From: a virus
Taxonomy: Duplodnaviria > Caudoviricetes
Direction: 5' to 3' (one strand)
Length of the DNA stretch: 64,000 bases
Virus record (IMG/VR): IMGVR_UViG_3300025676_000004
Location: 70,817-134,816 of that record
The notes under the pieces: model-generated
What the model was told of the DNA's origin: nothing
The model's database searches: none
What the model saw: the letters and a program-made list of their open reading frames with translations, nothing else
Shown here: piece after piece, positions 1 through 10,138 of the stretch
How positions within the stretch are numbered: the first letter of the stretch is position 1
Layout: every line of letters begins with the position of its first letter
Translations under genes and position numbers: made by a program

Positions 1-1
1 C

Positions 2-949
2 GATGTACCACGAAGACTTCTGAAGATGGAAGGGTTAGAGCAACAACTCAAGAGCAAGATAAAGAACATTGAAAAGAATGTGAAGTTCTATGAAGAGAAC
101 GATACTTGTCCATCTTGCAAGCAGGACATTCAGGAACACCACAAGGAATGTGTGTTCAAAGAAAAGGCGGAAGAGAAGAAAGAGGTAGAAGATGGTGTGG
201 GTGAGTTGATAGTGAATATGACGGACACAGGAAAACGATTAGATGACATCAACTCTATTCTGCAAACGGTCGATACTATACAAAGACAAATCAACGAGAA
301 GCAAAACCAAATTAATTCTTCCCTTCGTTACATTGGGAAGATGCAAAATAACATTGATGAAATAGTGGGTGAGGGTGTAGAGGTAGAAGAATCCAAAAAG
401 GAATTGAATGAATTGCTTGGCGAAGGTAAGGGGTATATTGGCGAACGCAAGGAACGAGTAGAGGACAAACACTACTACGAGATTGCAAGTGTATTGCTGA
501 AAGATACAGGCATCAAAGCAAAGATTATCAAACACTACCTGCCAATTATGAACAAACTCATCAACAAGTATCTTGGAGATATGGATTTCTTTTGCCAGTT
601 TGACTTGGATGAAAACTTTGATGAAACAATCAAGAGTCGCCATCGTGACGAGTTTTCATACTACAGTTTCAGTGAGGGCGAGCGTTTGCGGATTGACTTG
701 TCGTTGCTCTTGGCGTGGCGAGAGATTGCCAGATTGAAGAATAGTGTGAATTGTAACTTGCTGATATTAGACGAGGTATTCGATTCGTCATTAGATACAG
801 TTGGCACTGAGGAGTTTCTAAAACTTCTAACAACTTTCGGAAATCGTGCAAATATATTTGTAATCTCACATAAATCTGATATAATGACAGATAAGTTCAG
901 CAAACACATTGTGTTTGAGAAGAAGAATAATTTTAGTAGGATAAGATGA
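2..949 (+). CDS. gp46: Recombination endonuclease subunit, SbcC/Rad50-like (T4 gp46), 5'-truncated
   Basis: Zn-hook CPSC, ABC signature FSEGE, Walker B LLILDEVFD, H-loop ISH; frame open from window start. Confidence 0.93.
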   Translation, partial: DVPRRLLKMEGLEQQLKSKIKNIEKNVKFYEENDTCPSCKQDIQEHHKECVFKEKAEEKKEVEDGVGELIVNMTDTGKRLDDINSILQTVDTIQRQINEKQNQINSSLRYIGKMQNNIDEIVGEGVEVEESKKELNELLGEGKGYIGERKERVEDKHYYEIASVLLKDTGIKAKIIKHYLPIMNKLINKYLGDMDFFCQFDLDENFDETIKSRHRDEFSYYSFSEGERLRIDLSLLLAWREIARLKNSVNCNLLILDEVFDSSLDTVGTEEFLKLLTTFGNRANIFVISHKSDIMTDKFSKHIVFEKKNNFSRIR

Positions 950-959
950 AGAATATAAA

Positions 960-2570
960 ATGATGACAGATACAAAACACTTTTATGAACGCAACGATTA
1001 TGTAATCAATTCAGATTGCAATTGCCTGTTTGAAGATTTACTTGAGATGACACCCGATGAATTTCGTGAGTGGGTTATCAAGTTCCGCAAGACGGTGAAA
1101 GAATCTTGGGACAAGTATGGTTGTCCGCCACGAACAGGTAAGAATGAAGAAGGCATCATTGATGTGTTCAATAAGATTGCCGAATACCCCATCCACAAGT
1201 TTACACGCAGTGACGAGTTGTCCAATGTTCCAGACGATGTTATCATCAACAAGTCACGCATTGGCGGAGAAGCAGACCAATGGTTTAGTAATATGATGCA
1301 GACACGCATCAACTATACTGAGAAGGATATAGGATATTCCATCTACGATTTGTTTGTAGATGATAAACACTTGGAGAAGATGGTGAAGGGTGGTATGAGG
1401 CATTTTAGGCGTGATAGTTTGTATGAACACGCAAAGAGTGCATTCACTAATAACAAGAAATATGCCATTGTGTCCACAGCAGATGCACACGAATGGATGG
1501 AAGCATTCCATAACAACAAGAACATCTTCAAGGATTATGACTTTATGTTAGAAGAAGTCAAGAAACGAGAAGGTCTAAACAGTGGATACTTCCAAGTTGA
1601 ACAAGATGAAATTCTAAACTTGTCAATGGACGAAGTAAAAGAATACAAAGATAAGGGATGGTTGGAATATCGCCATCACTCTACATTTGATATAGACAAT
1701 ATGTCTAACGAGAAACGATACAATATTCGTGTGTATAAGAAGGGGAAGAAGATGTTCCCTAAAGCATTCGCCGCATATCGTATAGGTTTTATTCAACCTG
1801 CTGTCAATTTTCCACCAATGACTGCTAAATACCTATATGAAAGATTCACGGAAGATTTCAAAGACCAAGAGGTTATTAACATCTATGACCCGTCTAGTGG
1901 TTGGGGCGGCCGCATACTCGGTGCTATGGGTGTTAGGGATGATAGGACTATTCACTATATTGGGACTGACCCTAATCCTGACAATTTTATCGGGGATGGT
2001 GGTTACAGTAAGTATGCTTCTCTCGCTGATTTCTACAACACCAAAACTTATCGTGGAAACCCATTCTTTTCCGAAACTAATACTTATGATGTATACCAAG
2101 AAGGGTCGGAAGAAATTCAACACCACGAACGATTCCAAAAGTACAGAGGAAAACTCGACCTTATCTTTACTTCACCACCTTATTTCAACAGAGAGGCGTA
2201 TAGCGAAGACGAAAATCAGTCGTACAAAAAATACGGGTCGTCCTACGAATCTTGGAGAGATGGATTCCTCAGACCAACCCTAGAAACTTGTGCAGAGTAT
2301 CTAAAACCAAATAGATATTTGTTGTGGAATGTTGCAGATATTTTGGTCAGTGGAAAATACTTACCAATAGAACAAGATAGTATTGATATCCTTGAGTCGT
2401 GTGGTATGATGTATAAATACACATTGAAGATGGCATTAGAAGGAATGCCTGGGCAGAACAGAATGGGTGAAGACGGTAAACCTACTTGTAAAAATTACTG
2501 TATGATTGATGGAAAGTATATGAAATACGAACCAGTGTTTGTTTTCTATAAGAAAGAGAGAGATGAATGA
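960..2570 (+). CDS. Amino-type (N4-C/N6-A) DNA methyltransferase-like protein
   Basis: SAM-binding YDPSSGWGGR motif and catalytic FTSPPYF motif. Confidence 0.75.
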   Translation: MMTDTKHFYERNDYVINSDCNCLFEDLLEMTPDEFREWVIKFRKTVKESWDKYGCPPRTGKNEEGIIDVFNKIAEYPIHKFTRSDELSNVPDDVIINKSRIGGEADQWFSNMMQTRINYTEKDIGYSIYDLFVDDKHLEKMVKGGMRHFRRDSLYEHAKSAFTNNKKYAIVSTADAHEWMEAFHNNKNIFKDYDFMLEEVKKREGLNSGYFQVEQDEILNLSMDEVKEYKDKGWLEYRHHSTFDIDNMSNEKRYNIRVYKKGKKMFPKAFAAYRIGFIQPAVNFPPMTAKYLYERFTEDFKDQEVINIYDPSSGWGGRILGAMGVRDDRTIHYIGTDPNPDNFIGDGGYSKYASLADFYNTKTYRGNPFFSETNTYDVYQEGSEEIQHHERFQKYRGKLDLIFTSPPYFNREAYSEDENQSYKKYGSSYESWRDGFLRPTLETCAEYLKPNRYLLWNVADILVSGKYLPIEQDSIDILESCGMMYKYTLKMALEGMPGQNRMGEDGKPTCKNYCMIDGKYMKYEPVFVFYKKERDE

Positions 2571-3655
2571 CAGAGTATCAGGTAAATGCTTCAGCACAAA
2601 TCACAGTAAAACTAGAGTATGTCTGGTTGGATGGTTATAAATCAAAAAATACACGAAGTAAGGTGCGGTATGTAGAATGGACTATGGATTCCGAAAGTGG
2701 CAATATGTCAAGAGAATCCGTTCTTGATAGGATTCCTGATTGGAACTTTGATGGTTCAAGTACCAAGCAAGCAGTAACAGAAAACAGTGATATTATACTT
2801 GTACCTGTAAAAGTATATCACAATCCAATGGAGCAATCGGAGATGCCTTCTTTTATTGTTCTATGTGAAACTTACAATACAGATGGTTCACCACACGAAA
2901 GCAACCACAGACACCAATTGGAAAATGTATTGGATAGTGATATTTGGTTTGCTGTTGAACAAGAATATACTTTGATGGATGTGGAGACAGATAAACCTGT
3001 TGGATTTTCCAAAAAAGAAAATGTTCAAGAACAAGGAGAATACTATTGCGGTAACGGTGGTGCAAATGTTACTAATAGATTCATTGTAGAACAACACGCA
3101 TTTGCTTGTATTCAAAGTGGCATCTCTATCTACGGTACAAATGCAGAAGTTCTTTTATCACAATGGGAATATCAACTTAATCCAAACAATGCAATTGATA
3201 TGGCAGACGATTTATGGGTTTCACGATTCCTTCTTCAACGAATTTGCGAGGACTATGGCGTATATGCATCATTCCATCCAAAACCTATATCGGGTGATTG
3301 GAATGGAGCAGGCGCCCATATCAATTTCAGTACAGAATATATGAGAGAAAATTCTGACAAAGAATATATTGAAAATGTTTGTGAAGTGTTAAGAGAAACA
3401 CACGATGAACATATTGCAGTTTATGGTGAAGACAATGAACTTCGTTTAACAGGAGATTGTGAAACGCAACATATTTCTAAATTTTCTTATGGTGTTAATG
3501 ACCGTGGTGCATCAATTCGCATCCCATCTATCACCGCAGAAAATTGGAAGGGATATCTTGAAGATAGGCGACCTTCTGCAAATATGGACCCGTATGAAGC
3601 ATTTATTATTATTACGGAAAATGTATCTAAAATTTGCGAACAAATTGAAGCATAA
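2567..3655 (+). CDS. glnII: Glutamine synthetase type II (auxiliary metabolic gene)
   Basis: LEYVWLDG, WNFDGSST, EQEY, QWEYQ, GDWNGAGAH, RGASIRIP, YLEDRRPSANMDPY motifs; 362 aa fits GSII. Confidence 0.93.
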   Translation: MTEYQVNASAQITVKLEYVWLDGYKSKNTRSKVRYVEWTMDSESGNMSRESVLDRIPDWNFDGSSTKQAVTENSDIILVPVKVYHNPMEQSEMPSFIVLCETYNTDGSPHESNHRHQLENVLDSDIWFAVEQEYTLMDVETDKPVGFSKKENVQEQGEYYCGNGGANVTNRFIVEQHAFACIQSGISIYGTNAEVLLSQWEYQLNPNNAIDMADDLWVSRFLLQRICEDYGVYASFHPKPISGDWNGAGAHINFSTEYMRENSDKEYIENVCEVLRETHDEHIAVYGEDNELRLTGDCETQHISKFSYGVNDRGASIRIPSITAENWKGYLEDRRPSANMDPYEAFIIITENVSKICEQIEA

Positions 3656-3680
3656 ATCCATACATAGTATGGAGAACTAT

Positions 3681-4472
3681 ATGAATAATATAACCGAACT
3701 TTGGTATGTTAATAAACGGACAGGAATTGAAGAACAACTTTCTGACTCCGATGTACTTGCACATAAACGAGTAAACTACGAATCCCCAAAAGGCAAATAT
3801 ACACTCAGCATTACTCCTGTTGTTTTTGAAGAAGATGATAGATATTGGGCATACACTACTGGTAAGATTGTAACCAAAAAAGAAGACAAAACTGGCAAGA
3901 TTTTGTTTACTGTTTTTAGGAATAGTGAAAAATTCCCTTTTGTATTTTTAGAAGGTCATAGTGATGGACACGACTATTTAATTTGTGGTGAAGATTACCA
4001 AGGACAAACCATTTTACAATTAGACACTGGCGAACGGATGGATTATATTGGTGAAAAGGCAAAACGAAATATGGAATTTTGTTGGCAGAAGTTTCATCTA
4101 TCACCCAATGGAAAAACTTTGGCAGTCGAGGGTTATGCAAAAAATAAACCAAAGGATATGATTGAATACCGTTCGATTCGATTCTTTGATATAAAGAACC
4201 CACTTGATTTACCTTATAGAGAAGTTGGTAATAGGATTTCGTTCCATTACGATTCTGGAGTTGCTTGGGAAGATGATAATCATTTCACTATCTCTGTAGT
4301 AGAAGATAGGCGAAAAGAAGACTTGAAACGAGTTAAAGATTTACCAGAAGAAGAACGAATGAAATGTCTTGAAAGTGCCAATTATGGTAAACGAAACACC
4401 GTATACAGTGTTCCTGTTGATGGTGGCGAGGAAGACATAAAAGAAGTATATTCCGAGTGGTTTAGCACTTGA
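3681..4472 (+). CDS. Hypothetical protein
   Basis: ORF; GGAG RBS at 3671 favours ATG 3681. Confidence 0.7.
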   Translation: MNNITELWYVNKRTGIEEQLSDSDVLAHKRVNYESPKGKYTLSITPVVFEEDDRYWAYTTGKIVTKKEDKTGKILFTVFRNSEKFPFVFLEGHSDGHDYLICGEDYQGQTILQLDTGERMDYIGEKAKRNMEFCWQKFHLSPNGKTLAVEGYAKNKPKDMIEYRSIRFFDIKNPLDLPYREVGNRISFHYDSGVAWEDDNHFTISVVEDRRKEDLKRVKDLPEEERMKCLESANYGKRNTVYSVPVDGGEEDIKEVYSEWFST

Positions 4473-4496
4473 CACAAAATATTTTTAAATTATAAT
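4469..4496 (+). promoter_or_regulatory. Sigma70-type promoter TTGACA-N16-TATAAT, ATG 6 nt downstream (leaderless)
   Basis: Perfect hexamers; ATG at 4503 with no SD. Confidence 0.85.
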
Positions 4497-4502
4497 GATG
4501 AT

Positions 4503-5615
4503 ATGTCTAAAAGAAAATACAGTTTAACCACAGAACCAATCTGGGATAACACAGAGGAAAGTGTTATTCGTTGTGTCTGTTGGTACAGGACAAACACCAG
4601 TAGTAAAAATTGTAAAAAATGGACTCTTGAATATCTCAAAAAGAATGGTTTCTCTAAAGAAAATATAGAGTTTATTAGTGTATGCGACACTGCATCCTTT
4701 GAATTTGTTGGTCCTTATTGCAGAATATCTAACCAAGCAGATTGCAAATTACCCACTGAAGGCGGATGGCAATCTGCAATTGATAGTAAGTTGAATTCTT
4801 TAATATTTCAAGGTAAAAGAAAACTTAAAGAACGAAAGAATCGAAACAATAAAAAACCAAAGGTGCAAACCACTTCAATTCAAGAACGAATTGAAAATCA
4901 AGTTTCTGAATTTATTGGCGATTTAGAATCCAAGATAGATTCCTTCCTTGATAGGGTAAGTATTGTTAAAAAATCCGATTACCTTGATGTTGTTGATTGG
5001 TTAAAAGAGTATGAAGTCAAATCCATACAATCAAAAATGATTGCAGATTACTTTAGAAAGTATGTAAAAGAATTAAAAAAAGCCTACTCTAAAAAAGATG
5101 AACAACTTACAGAGGGTTATAGTTTTTTGACTAGACCACAATTGAAAAAATTCATCGACTTCGTTGAGTATATTGTCACCACTTGCAATAACCACTCTGA
5201 TATTGTCAAGAAAGCAAGAAAACCTCGCCGCAAGAAAAAGAAAGCACCAGGCGTAATTGTTAAAAAGTTACAATATGAAAAAGAGAATAAAGAGTTTGGT
5301 ATCAAATCTATCGACCCAAAAATGATTATAGGTGCAACCAAATTGATTGTCTTTAATACCAAATATAAAAAACTTACGATTTTTGAATCATCGCCTCATG
5401 TAGAAGGTCTTTCCGTTAAGGGAACTACTATTGTTGGATTTGATGAAAAGAAATCAAGAGAGAAGACCGTACGGAAACCAAAAGAACTATTGAAAGATTG
5501 TGCAAGTTCTGGAATTCGTGCGATAAATAATAAGTACAATAAACTAACCACTAAGGAAAAAGTACCAACAGGTCGAATAAATAAGAACTGTGTAATTTTA
5601 CAGGTAATGAAATGA
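4503..5615 (+). CDS. Conserved T4-like hypothetical protein (basic)
   Basis: 370 aa ORF directly upstream of RNase H; C-terminal KT.RKP...TGRIN motif typical of T4-like phages. Confidence 0.75.
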   Translation: MSKRKYSLTTEPIWDNTEESVIRCVCWYRTNTSSKNCKKWTLEYLKKNGFSKENIEFISVCDTASFEFVGPYCRISNQADCKLPTEGGWQSAIDSKLNSLIFQGKRKLKERKNRNNKKPKVQTTSIQERIENQVSEFIGDLESKIDSFLDRVSIVKKSDYLDVVDWLKEYEVKSIQSKMIADYFRKYVKELKKAYSKKDEQLTEGYSFLTRPQLKKFIDFVEYIVTTCNNHSDIVKKARKPRRKKKKAPGVIVKKLQYEKENKEFGIKSIDPKMIIGATKLIVFNTKYKKLTIFESSPHVEGLSVKGTTIVGFDEKKSREKTVRKPKELLKDCASSGIRAINNKYNKLTTKEKVPTGRINKNCVILQVMK

Positions 5616-6454
5616 TTTTAATTGATATGAGTCAAGTGATACTGGGAAACCTTTTCGGATATACGAGAGATATTTCCCAAGTAGATGAAGATGCTATTCG
5701 GCATCTAACATTAAATTCTTTGAGAATCTACAAGAACAAGTTTAAGAACTATGGAGAAATGGTTCTTGTGTTTGATTCTGGAGATTATTGGCGTAAAGAA
5801 AACTTCCCGCACTATAAGGGAGTTCGCAAGGCAAAGCAGGAATCCAAAAAAGAAGAATGGTCTAAAATTTGGAGTATTGTACGAACCATTTACGCAGAAT
5901 TAGAAGAAACCTTTCCGTATAAAGTTATGAAAGTGGGCAGGGCAGAAGCAGATGATGTTATTGCACATCTCGCCAAGAAATTCCACGCAACAGAAAAAAT
6001 TATGATTGTGTCTTCTGATAAAGACTTCCAACAATTACAGCGTTATCCTAATGTGTCGCAGTTCAGTCCTAAGAATAAAGCAAAAGTTGTATGCAAGAAA
6101 CCCAAGGAATTCCTTGTAGAGCATATCATTAAAGGGGATACCTCAGATGGTGTTCCTAATATCCTATCGGATGATGACACCCTAGTAAATCCCGACAAAC
6201 GACAAAAAAGATTAACTAAGAAGGTATTGGATTCCATTAATGAAGACTTGTCTTTTGGCGAATTACCAAAAGGATACGAAGACAATTGGAAAAGAAATCA
6301 AGAACTCGTTGATTTGGAAAAAATCCCAGATTGGGTAATTGAGAAGATTGAAAGTAAATGGAATACGCCGATTGCTGGCAAAAGAAGTAACATCTTTAAC
6401 TATTTCATTCAACATAAACTAAAAAATTTAATGGAACACATCGGAGAGTTTTAA
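5612..6454 (+). CDS. rnh: RNase H / 5'-3' exonuclease (T4 Rnh)
   Basis: MILID, YWRK..FPHYK, EADDVIA, SSDKDFQQL, GDTSDGVPN. Confidence 0.93.
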   Translation: MILIDMSQVILGNLFGYTRDISQVDEDAIRHLTLNSLRIYKNKFKNYGEMVLVFDSGDYWRKENFPHYKGVRKAKQESKKEEWSKIWSIVRTIYAELEETFPYKVMKVGRAEADDVIAHLAKKFHATEKIMIVSSDKDFQQLQRYPNVSQFSPKNKAKVVCKKPKEFLVEHIIKGDTSDGVPNILSDDDTLVNPDKRQKRLTKKVLDSINEDLSFGELPKGYEDNWKRNQELVDLEKIPDWVIEKIESKWNTPIAGKRSNIFNYFIQHKLKNLMEHIGEF

Positions 6455-6456
6455 AA

Positions 6457-6621
6457 GTGTCCAACAAAAAAGAAGACAAAAAAGAAGATGTCCCGCACAA
6501 ATCCTTTAAAAAAGGAAAACAGCAAAGAGCAAAGAAGAGGCACAATGAAAAGCGGTTCATGAAAGAAATTCAAAAAGGTGATTATGACTTAGGAAATATC
6601 GAAAATTTTGAAAAATGGTAA
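6457..6621 (+). CDS. Small basic hypothetical protein (54 aa, GTG start)
   Basis: Manually read ORF filling the rnh-gp45 gap. Confidence 0.5.
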   Translation: MSNKKEDKKEDVPHKSFKKGKQQRAKKRHNEKRFMKEIQKGDYDLGNIENFEKW

Positions 6622-6649
6622 TTGACATTATACCAAAATATGGTATATT
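6622..6649 (+). promoter_or_regulatory. Sigma70-type promoter TTGACA-N16-TATATT with extended -10 TG
   Basis: Upstream of the gp45 RBS. Confidence 0.75.
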
Positions 6650-6676
6650 AAGTAAAACTGTTATGGAGAATATATT

Positions 6677-7363
6677 ATGACAACAGCAACGCAAACGAAA
6701 CTATCAAAGAAAACATTGGGTCTTCTGAAGAATTACTCTTCGATTAACTCTAATATTCTGGTGAAACCAGGCAGTACAATCAGTACCATTTCACCTGTAA
6801 AGAATGTTATGTCACAATCGAAAGTAGAAGAAACATTCGATGTTCAATTTGGTATTTGGGATTTGAATAAGTTTCTGGGTGTGGTTTCATTGTTTGAAAA
6901 CCCTACCTTTGAATTCAACGAAAAGTATGTAGACATTGAAAATGGCAACGGTTCATCCGTTCGTTATTATTATTGTGAACCATCACTTCTCACAGTACCA
7001 ACTAAATCAATTACTATGCCAGATAGTGTAGTGAGTTTTGATTTATCAAAAAGTGTATTGTCTGAGGTTCTTCGTGCATCATCAATCCTACAAGCATCTG
7101 ATTTGGCGGTTCGTTCAAACGATGGTAAAGTAGAATTGGTGGTAATGGATAAAGCAGATGTTTCAAGTAACACATACTCTATTGATGTTGACGAAACAAC
7201 CGATGCAGATTTTGCATTCTACTTTAAAGTAGAAAATCTCAAGATGGTTGATGGTTCATATACAGTAGATATTAGTGATAAGAACATCAGTCAATTCACA
7301 AACAAAGGCACCGATACAACTTATTGGATTGCACTAGAAACGGATTCAAAATACAACGGATGA
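6677..7363 (+). CDS. gp45: Sliding clamp (gp45)
   Basis: LLKNYSSINSNIL, FGIWDLNKFL, YWIALE; order 45-44-62-regA. Confidence 0.93.
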   Translation: MTTATQTKLSKKTLGLLKNYSSINSNILVKPGSTISTISPVKNVMSQSKVEETFDVQFGIWDLNKFLGVVSLFENPTFEFNEKYVDIENGNGSSVRYYYCEPSLLTVPTKSITMPDSVVSFDLSKSVLSEVLRASSILQASDLAVRSNDGKVELVVMDKADVSSNTYSIDVDETTDADFAFYFKVENLKMVDGSYTVDISDKNISQFTNKGTDTTYWIALETDSKYNG

Positions 7364-8310
7364 CAAACACACTCACAAAGGATTATTTGTGGGTGGAGAA
7401 ATACCGTCCACAAACCATAGAAACTTGCATTCTTCCTGTATCAATTAAAACCACCTTCCAACAGATGGTAGATGCAGGAGAAGCACAGAACCTTCTTTTG
7501 TCTGGTGGAGCAGGATGTGGTAAGACCACAATTGCAAAGGCACTTTGTACCGAATTGGATTCTGACCATATTATGATTAACTGTTCGGAAGATGGAAACA
7601 TCGACACACTCCGAACCAGAATTCGTAGTTTTGCCAGTTCCGTTTCAATTGCAGGCGGTAAGAAGATTGTTATTCTTGATGAATTTGACTATGCAAACGC
7701 ACAGTCGATGCAACCTGCCCTTCGTGGGTTCATTGAGGAGTTCTCTAAGAACTGTCGGTTCATTCTTACTTGTAACTTCAAGAATCGAATCATTGAACCA
7801 ATTCATTCACGATGTACTTGTATAGAATTTAGAATTCCGAACAAAGACAAACCTAAAATGGCTTCATCATTTTTGGATAGATGTAAATATATTCTTGATG
7901 ATGAGGGTGTTGGGTATGATGAGAAGGTTCTTGCTGAACTTATCCTTAAACATTTCCCAGACTTTAGAAGGATACTCAACGAACTGCAACGGTATTCTGT
8001 TGCAGGAACAATTGATATGGGTATTCTCACACAGATTGGGGAAATTTGTACCAAAGATTTGATTACTCATATGAAAGAAAAGAACTTTACAGAAGTTCGT
8101 AAATGGGTAGTGCAAAATCTTGACAATGATACAACTCGTTTGTTTAGGAATCTGTATGATGGGTTCTATGAATATCTTGAACCACAGTCAATTCCTACTG
8201 CCATTCTAATTTTGGCAGAGTATCAATACAAAGATGCATTTGTTGCAGACAATGAAATCAATACAACTGCGTGTCTTGTTCAACTTATGATGGAGTGTAA
8301 ATTTAAATGA
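7360..8310 (+). CDS. gp44: Clamp loader large subunit (gp44)
   Basis: LWVEKYRP, Walker A GCGKTT, ILDEFD, HSRC, FPDFRR. Confidence 0.95.
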   Translation: MTNTLTKDYLWVEKYRPQTIETCILPVSIKTTFQQMVDAGEAQNLLLSGGAGCGKTTIAKALCTELDSDHIMINCSEDGNIDTLRTRIRSFASSVSIAGGKKIVILDEFDYANAQSMQPALRGFIEEFSKNCRFILTCNFKNRIIEPIHSRCTCIEFRIPNKDKPKMASSFLDRCKYILDDEGVGYDEKVLAELILKHFPDFRRILNELQRYSVAGTIDMGILTQIGEICTKDLITHMKEKNFTEVRKWVVQNLDNDTTRLFRNLYDGFYEYLEPQSIPTAILILAEYQYKDAFVADNEINTTACLVQLMMECKFK

Positions 8311-8609
8311 GTAGGGGGTTTAAACCAAGCAGAGGCAGGGTAGCAATACGACACATTGCAGGTGACAATACATCACCAAGTGGAATCATCTACACAACGC
8401 AAGAGAATCCCCATTATAGTAAGGGACAGGTTCTATCAATAGGACATCCAGAATTACTACCGAATGGTACTCCAATTCCTGTAGATTTTGAAGTAGGTGA
8501 TTTTATTGTCTATAATAAAAAGGAAGGTTGGGGAGAATTTTCTGGTGTCCGTATTATTGTACCAGACCAAGTTGTGGCGATAATTGACGAGGATACCCAA
8601 ATCGGATGA
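8307..8609 (+). CDS. groES: Co-chaperonin, GroES/Cpn10 family
   Basis: KPSRGRVAI, mobile loop TSPSGIIY, GQVLSIG, VEVGD-like segment, VVAII; 100 aa. Confidence 0.75.
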   Translation: MSRGFKPSRGRVAIRHIAGDNTSPSGIIYTTQENPHYSKGQVLSIGHPELLPNGTPIPVDFEVGDFIVYNKKEGWGEFSGVRIIVPDQVVAIIDEDTQIG

Positions 8610-8989
8610 AACTCGGAGAATATCTAACAGCAATTAACTATTCCAAAGAACCTCTCTTTGACACAGAAGATACCACAGTGGAGAAAGAATATACACCTTA
8701 TATCATTAACAGGTGTTTATCTAATTTTCCCGATACACTTCTGCAAGTCAACGAGATGAATTTTTGGTGTAGTATCGACAAGAAGATGCATTTTGATTTT
8801 CTTTTGAATGGCACAAGAACACGAAAACGATTTAGTAAATGGCTGAAAGATGTTAAACCAGAAGACTTTGCAGTAGTCAAAGAGTATTTTGGATATTCCG
8901 ATAGGAAGACAAGAGAAGTGATGGACATATTAAATGCTGATGATATTGCAAATATGAAGTTAGATATGGATAAAGGTGGCAAAAAGTAA
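8606..8989 (+). CDS. gp62: Clamp loader small subunit (gp62)
   Basis: YTPYIINRCLS, RKRFSKW, VKEYFGYS, C-terminal KGG. Confidence 0.92.
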   Translation: MKLGEYLTAINYSKEPLFDTEDTTVEKEYTPYIINRCLSNFPDTLLQVNEMNFWCSIDKKMHFDFLLNGTRTRKRFSKWLKDVKPEDFAVVKEYFGYSDRKTREVMDILNADDIANMKLDMDKGGKK

Positions 8990-8994
8990 AAAAA

Positions 8995-9002
8995 TATAAA
9001 TA
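8995..9002 (+). promoter_or_regulatory. T4-type late promoter TATAAATA
   Basis: Exact consensus in the intergenic gap before regA. Confidence 0.6.
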
Positions 9003-9061
9003 CTCTGTGTTAGCATATTATTGTGGCACATCTCAATTATGAAATAATATGGAGTATTAAT

Positions 9062-9475
9062 ATGGAAGAACGATATATTGAAATAGAAGTGAGTGACTTA
9101 TTAGAAATCACTCTCAAGAAAGAAGATGATTTCTTGAAGGTAAAGGAAACCCTTACCAGAATTGGCGTTTCATCTCGCAAAGAAAAGAAACTGTGGCAAT
9201 CGTGTCATATCTTGCACAAAAGAGGCAAGTATTACATAGTACACTTTAAAGAACTTTTTGCGTTAGATGGACTACCAACAAATCTATCAGACGAAGACCT
9301 TGCTAGAAGGAACACCATAGCAAACCTTTTAGAGGAATGGGAACTGTTGGAAATAGTAGACCAAGAGAAGTCAGAAGAACCAATAATTTCTGTGGGTAAG
9401 ATTAAGATTTTACCGCACAGGGAAAAAGATGAGTGGGAATTGTGTCCTAAATACCATATAGGTAAGAAAAGATGA
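9062..9475 (+). CDS. regA: Translational repressor RegA
   Basis: DDFLKVKETLTRIGV, QSCHILHKRGKYYIVHFKELFALDG. Confidence 0.96.
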   Translation: MEERYIEIEVSDLLEITLKKEDDFLKVKETLTRIGVSSRKEKKLWQSCHILHKRGKYYIVHFKELFALDGLPTNLSDEDLARRNTIANLLEEWELLEIVDQEKSEEPIISVGKIKILPHREKDEWELCPKYHIGKKR

Positions 9476-9490
9476 TGAAGGATTTATATT

Positions 9491-10138
9491 ATGATACCAA
9501 AGATTATTCACCAAATCTGGATTGGTGACCAGTCAAAACGACCAGACAATTTAATTGAAACTTGGTGTGAGAAAAATCCAACTTGGGAACATATGCTTTG
9601 GACGGATGAAAATCTTCCAGAGATATTCAATAAACCACAATTTGATGCAATGAAAGAATTGCCAGGCAAAGCAGATATACTTAGGTATGAACTGCTTTAT
9701 AATATTGGTGGTATGTTTATAGATGCAGATGCAGAATGTCTAAATCCCCTTGATGATTTTTTTGTAGACAATGATTCATTTTGTTGTTGGGAAAATGAAT
9801 ATGTACGAACTGGTCTAATGTCGAATGGTTATCTTGGTGCATCCAAGAATAATTTGTTGATGCAAAAACTAATCAATAGAGTTGGACTAATTCCAACCGA
9901 AATATTAGAATCTGCACCAAATCTTACTGCATGGAAGATTACAGGACCAGCATTCCTAACAGACACTGTAAAACAATCTGCATATAACCAATTAAGAATT
10001 TACCCATCTCATTATTTTATTCCTAGACATTACAGTGGATTAGAGTATAATGGTAACGAAAAGGTTTATGCTAACCAATACTGGGGTAGCACTGAAACCA
10101 TCACTGGAAAGATGGGGATGACTTATGGACTTGCGTAA
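9491..10138 (+). CDS. Glycosyltransferase, GT32/DXD family
   Basis: MIPKIIHQIW, ADILRYELLY..GGMFIDAD, TGP. Confidence 0.88.
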   Translation: MIPKIIHQIWIGDQSKRPDNLIETWCEKNPTWEHMLWTDENLPEIFNKPQFDAMKELPGKADILRYELLYNIGGMFIDADAECLNPLDDFFVDNDSFCCWENEYVRTGLMSNGYLGASKNNLLMQKLINRVGLIPTEILESAPNLTAWKITGPAFLTDTVKQSAYNQLRIYPSHYFIPRHYSGLEYNGNEKVYANQYWGSTETITGKMGMTYGLA

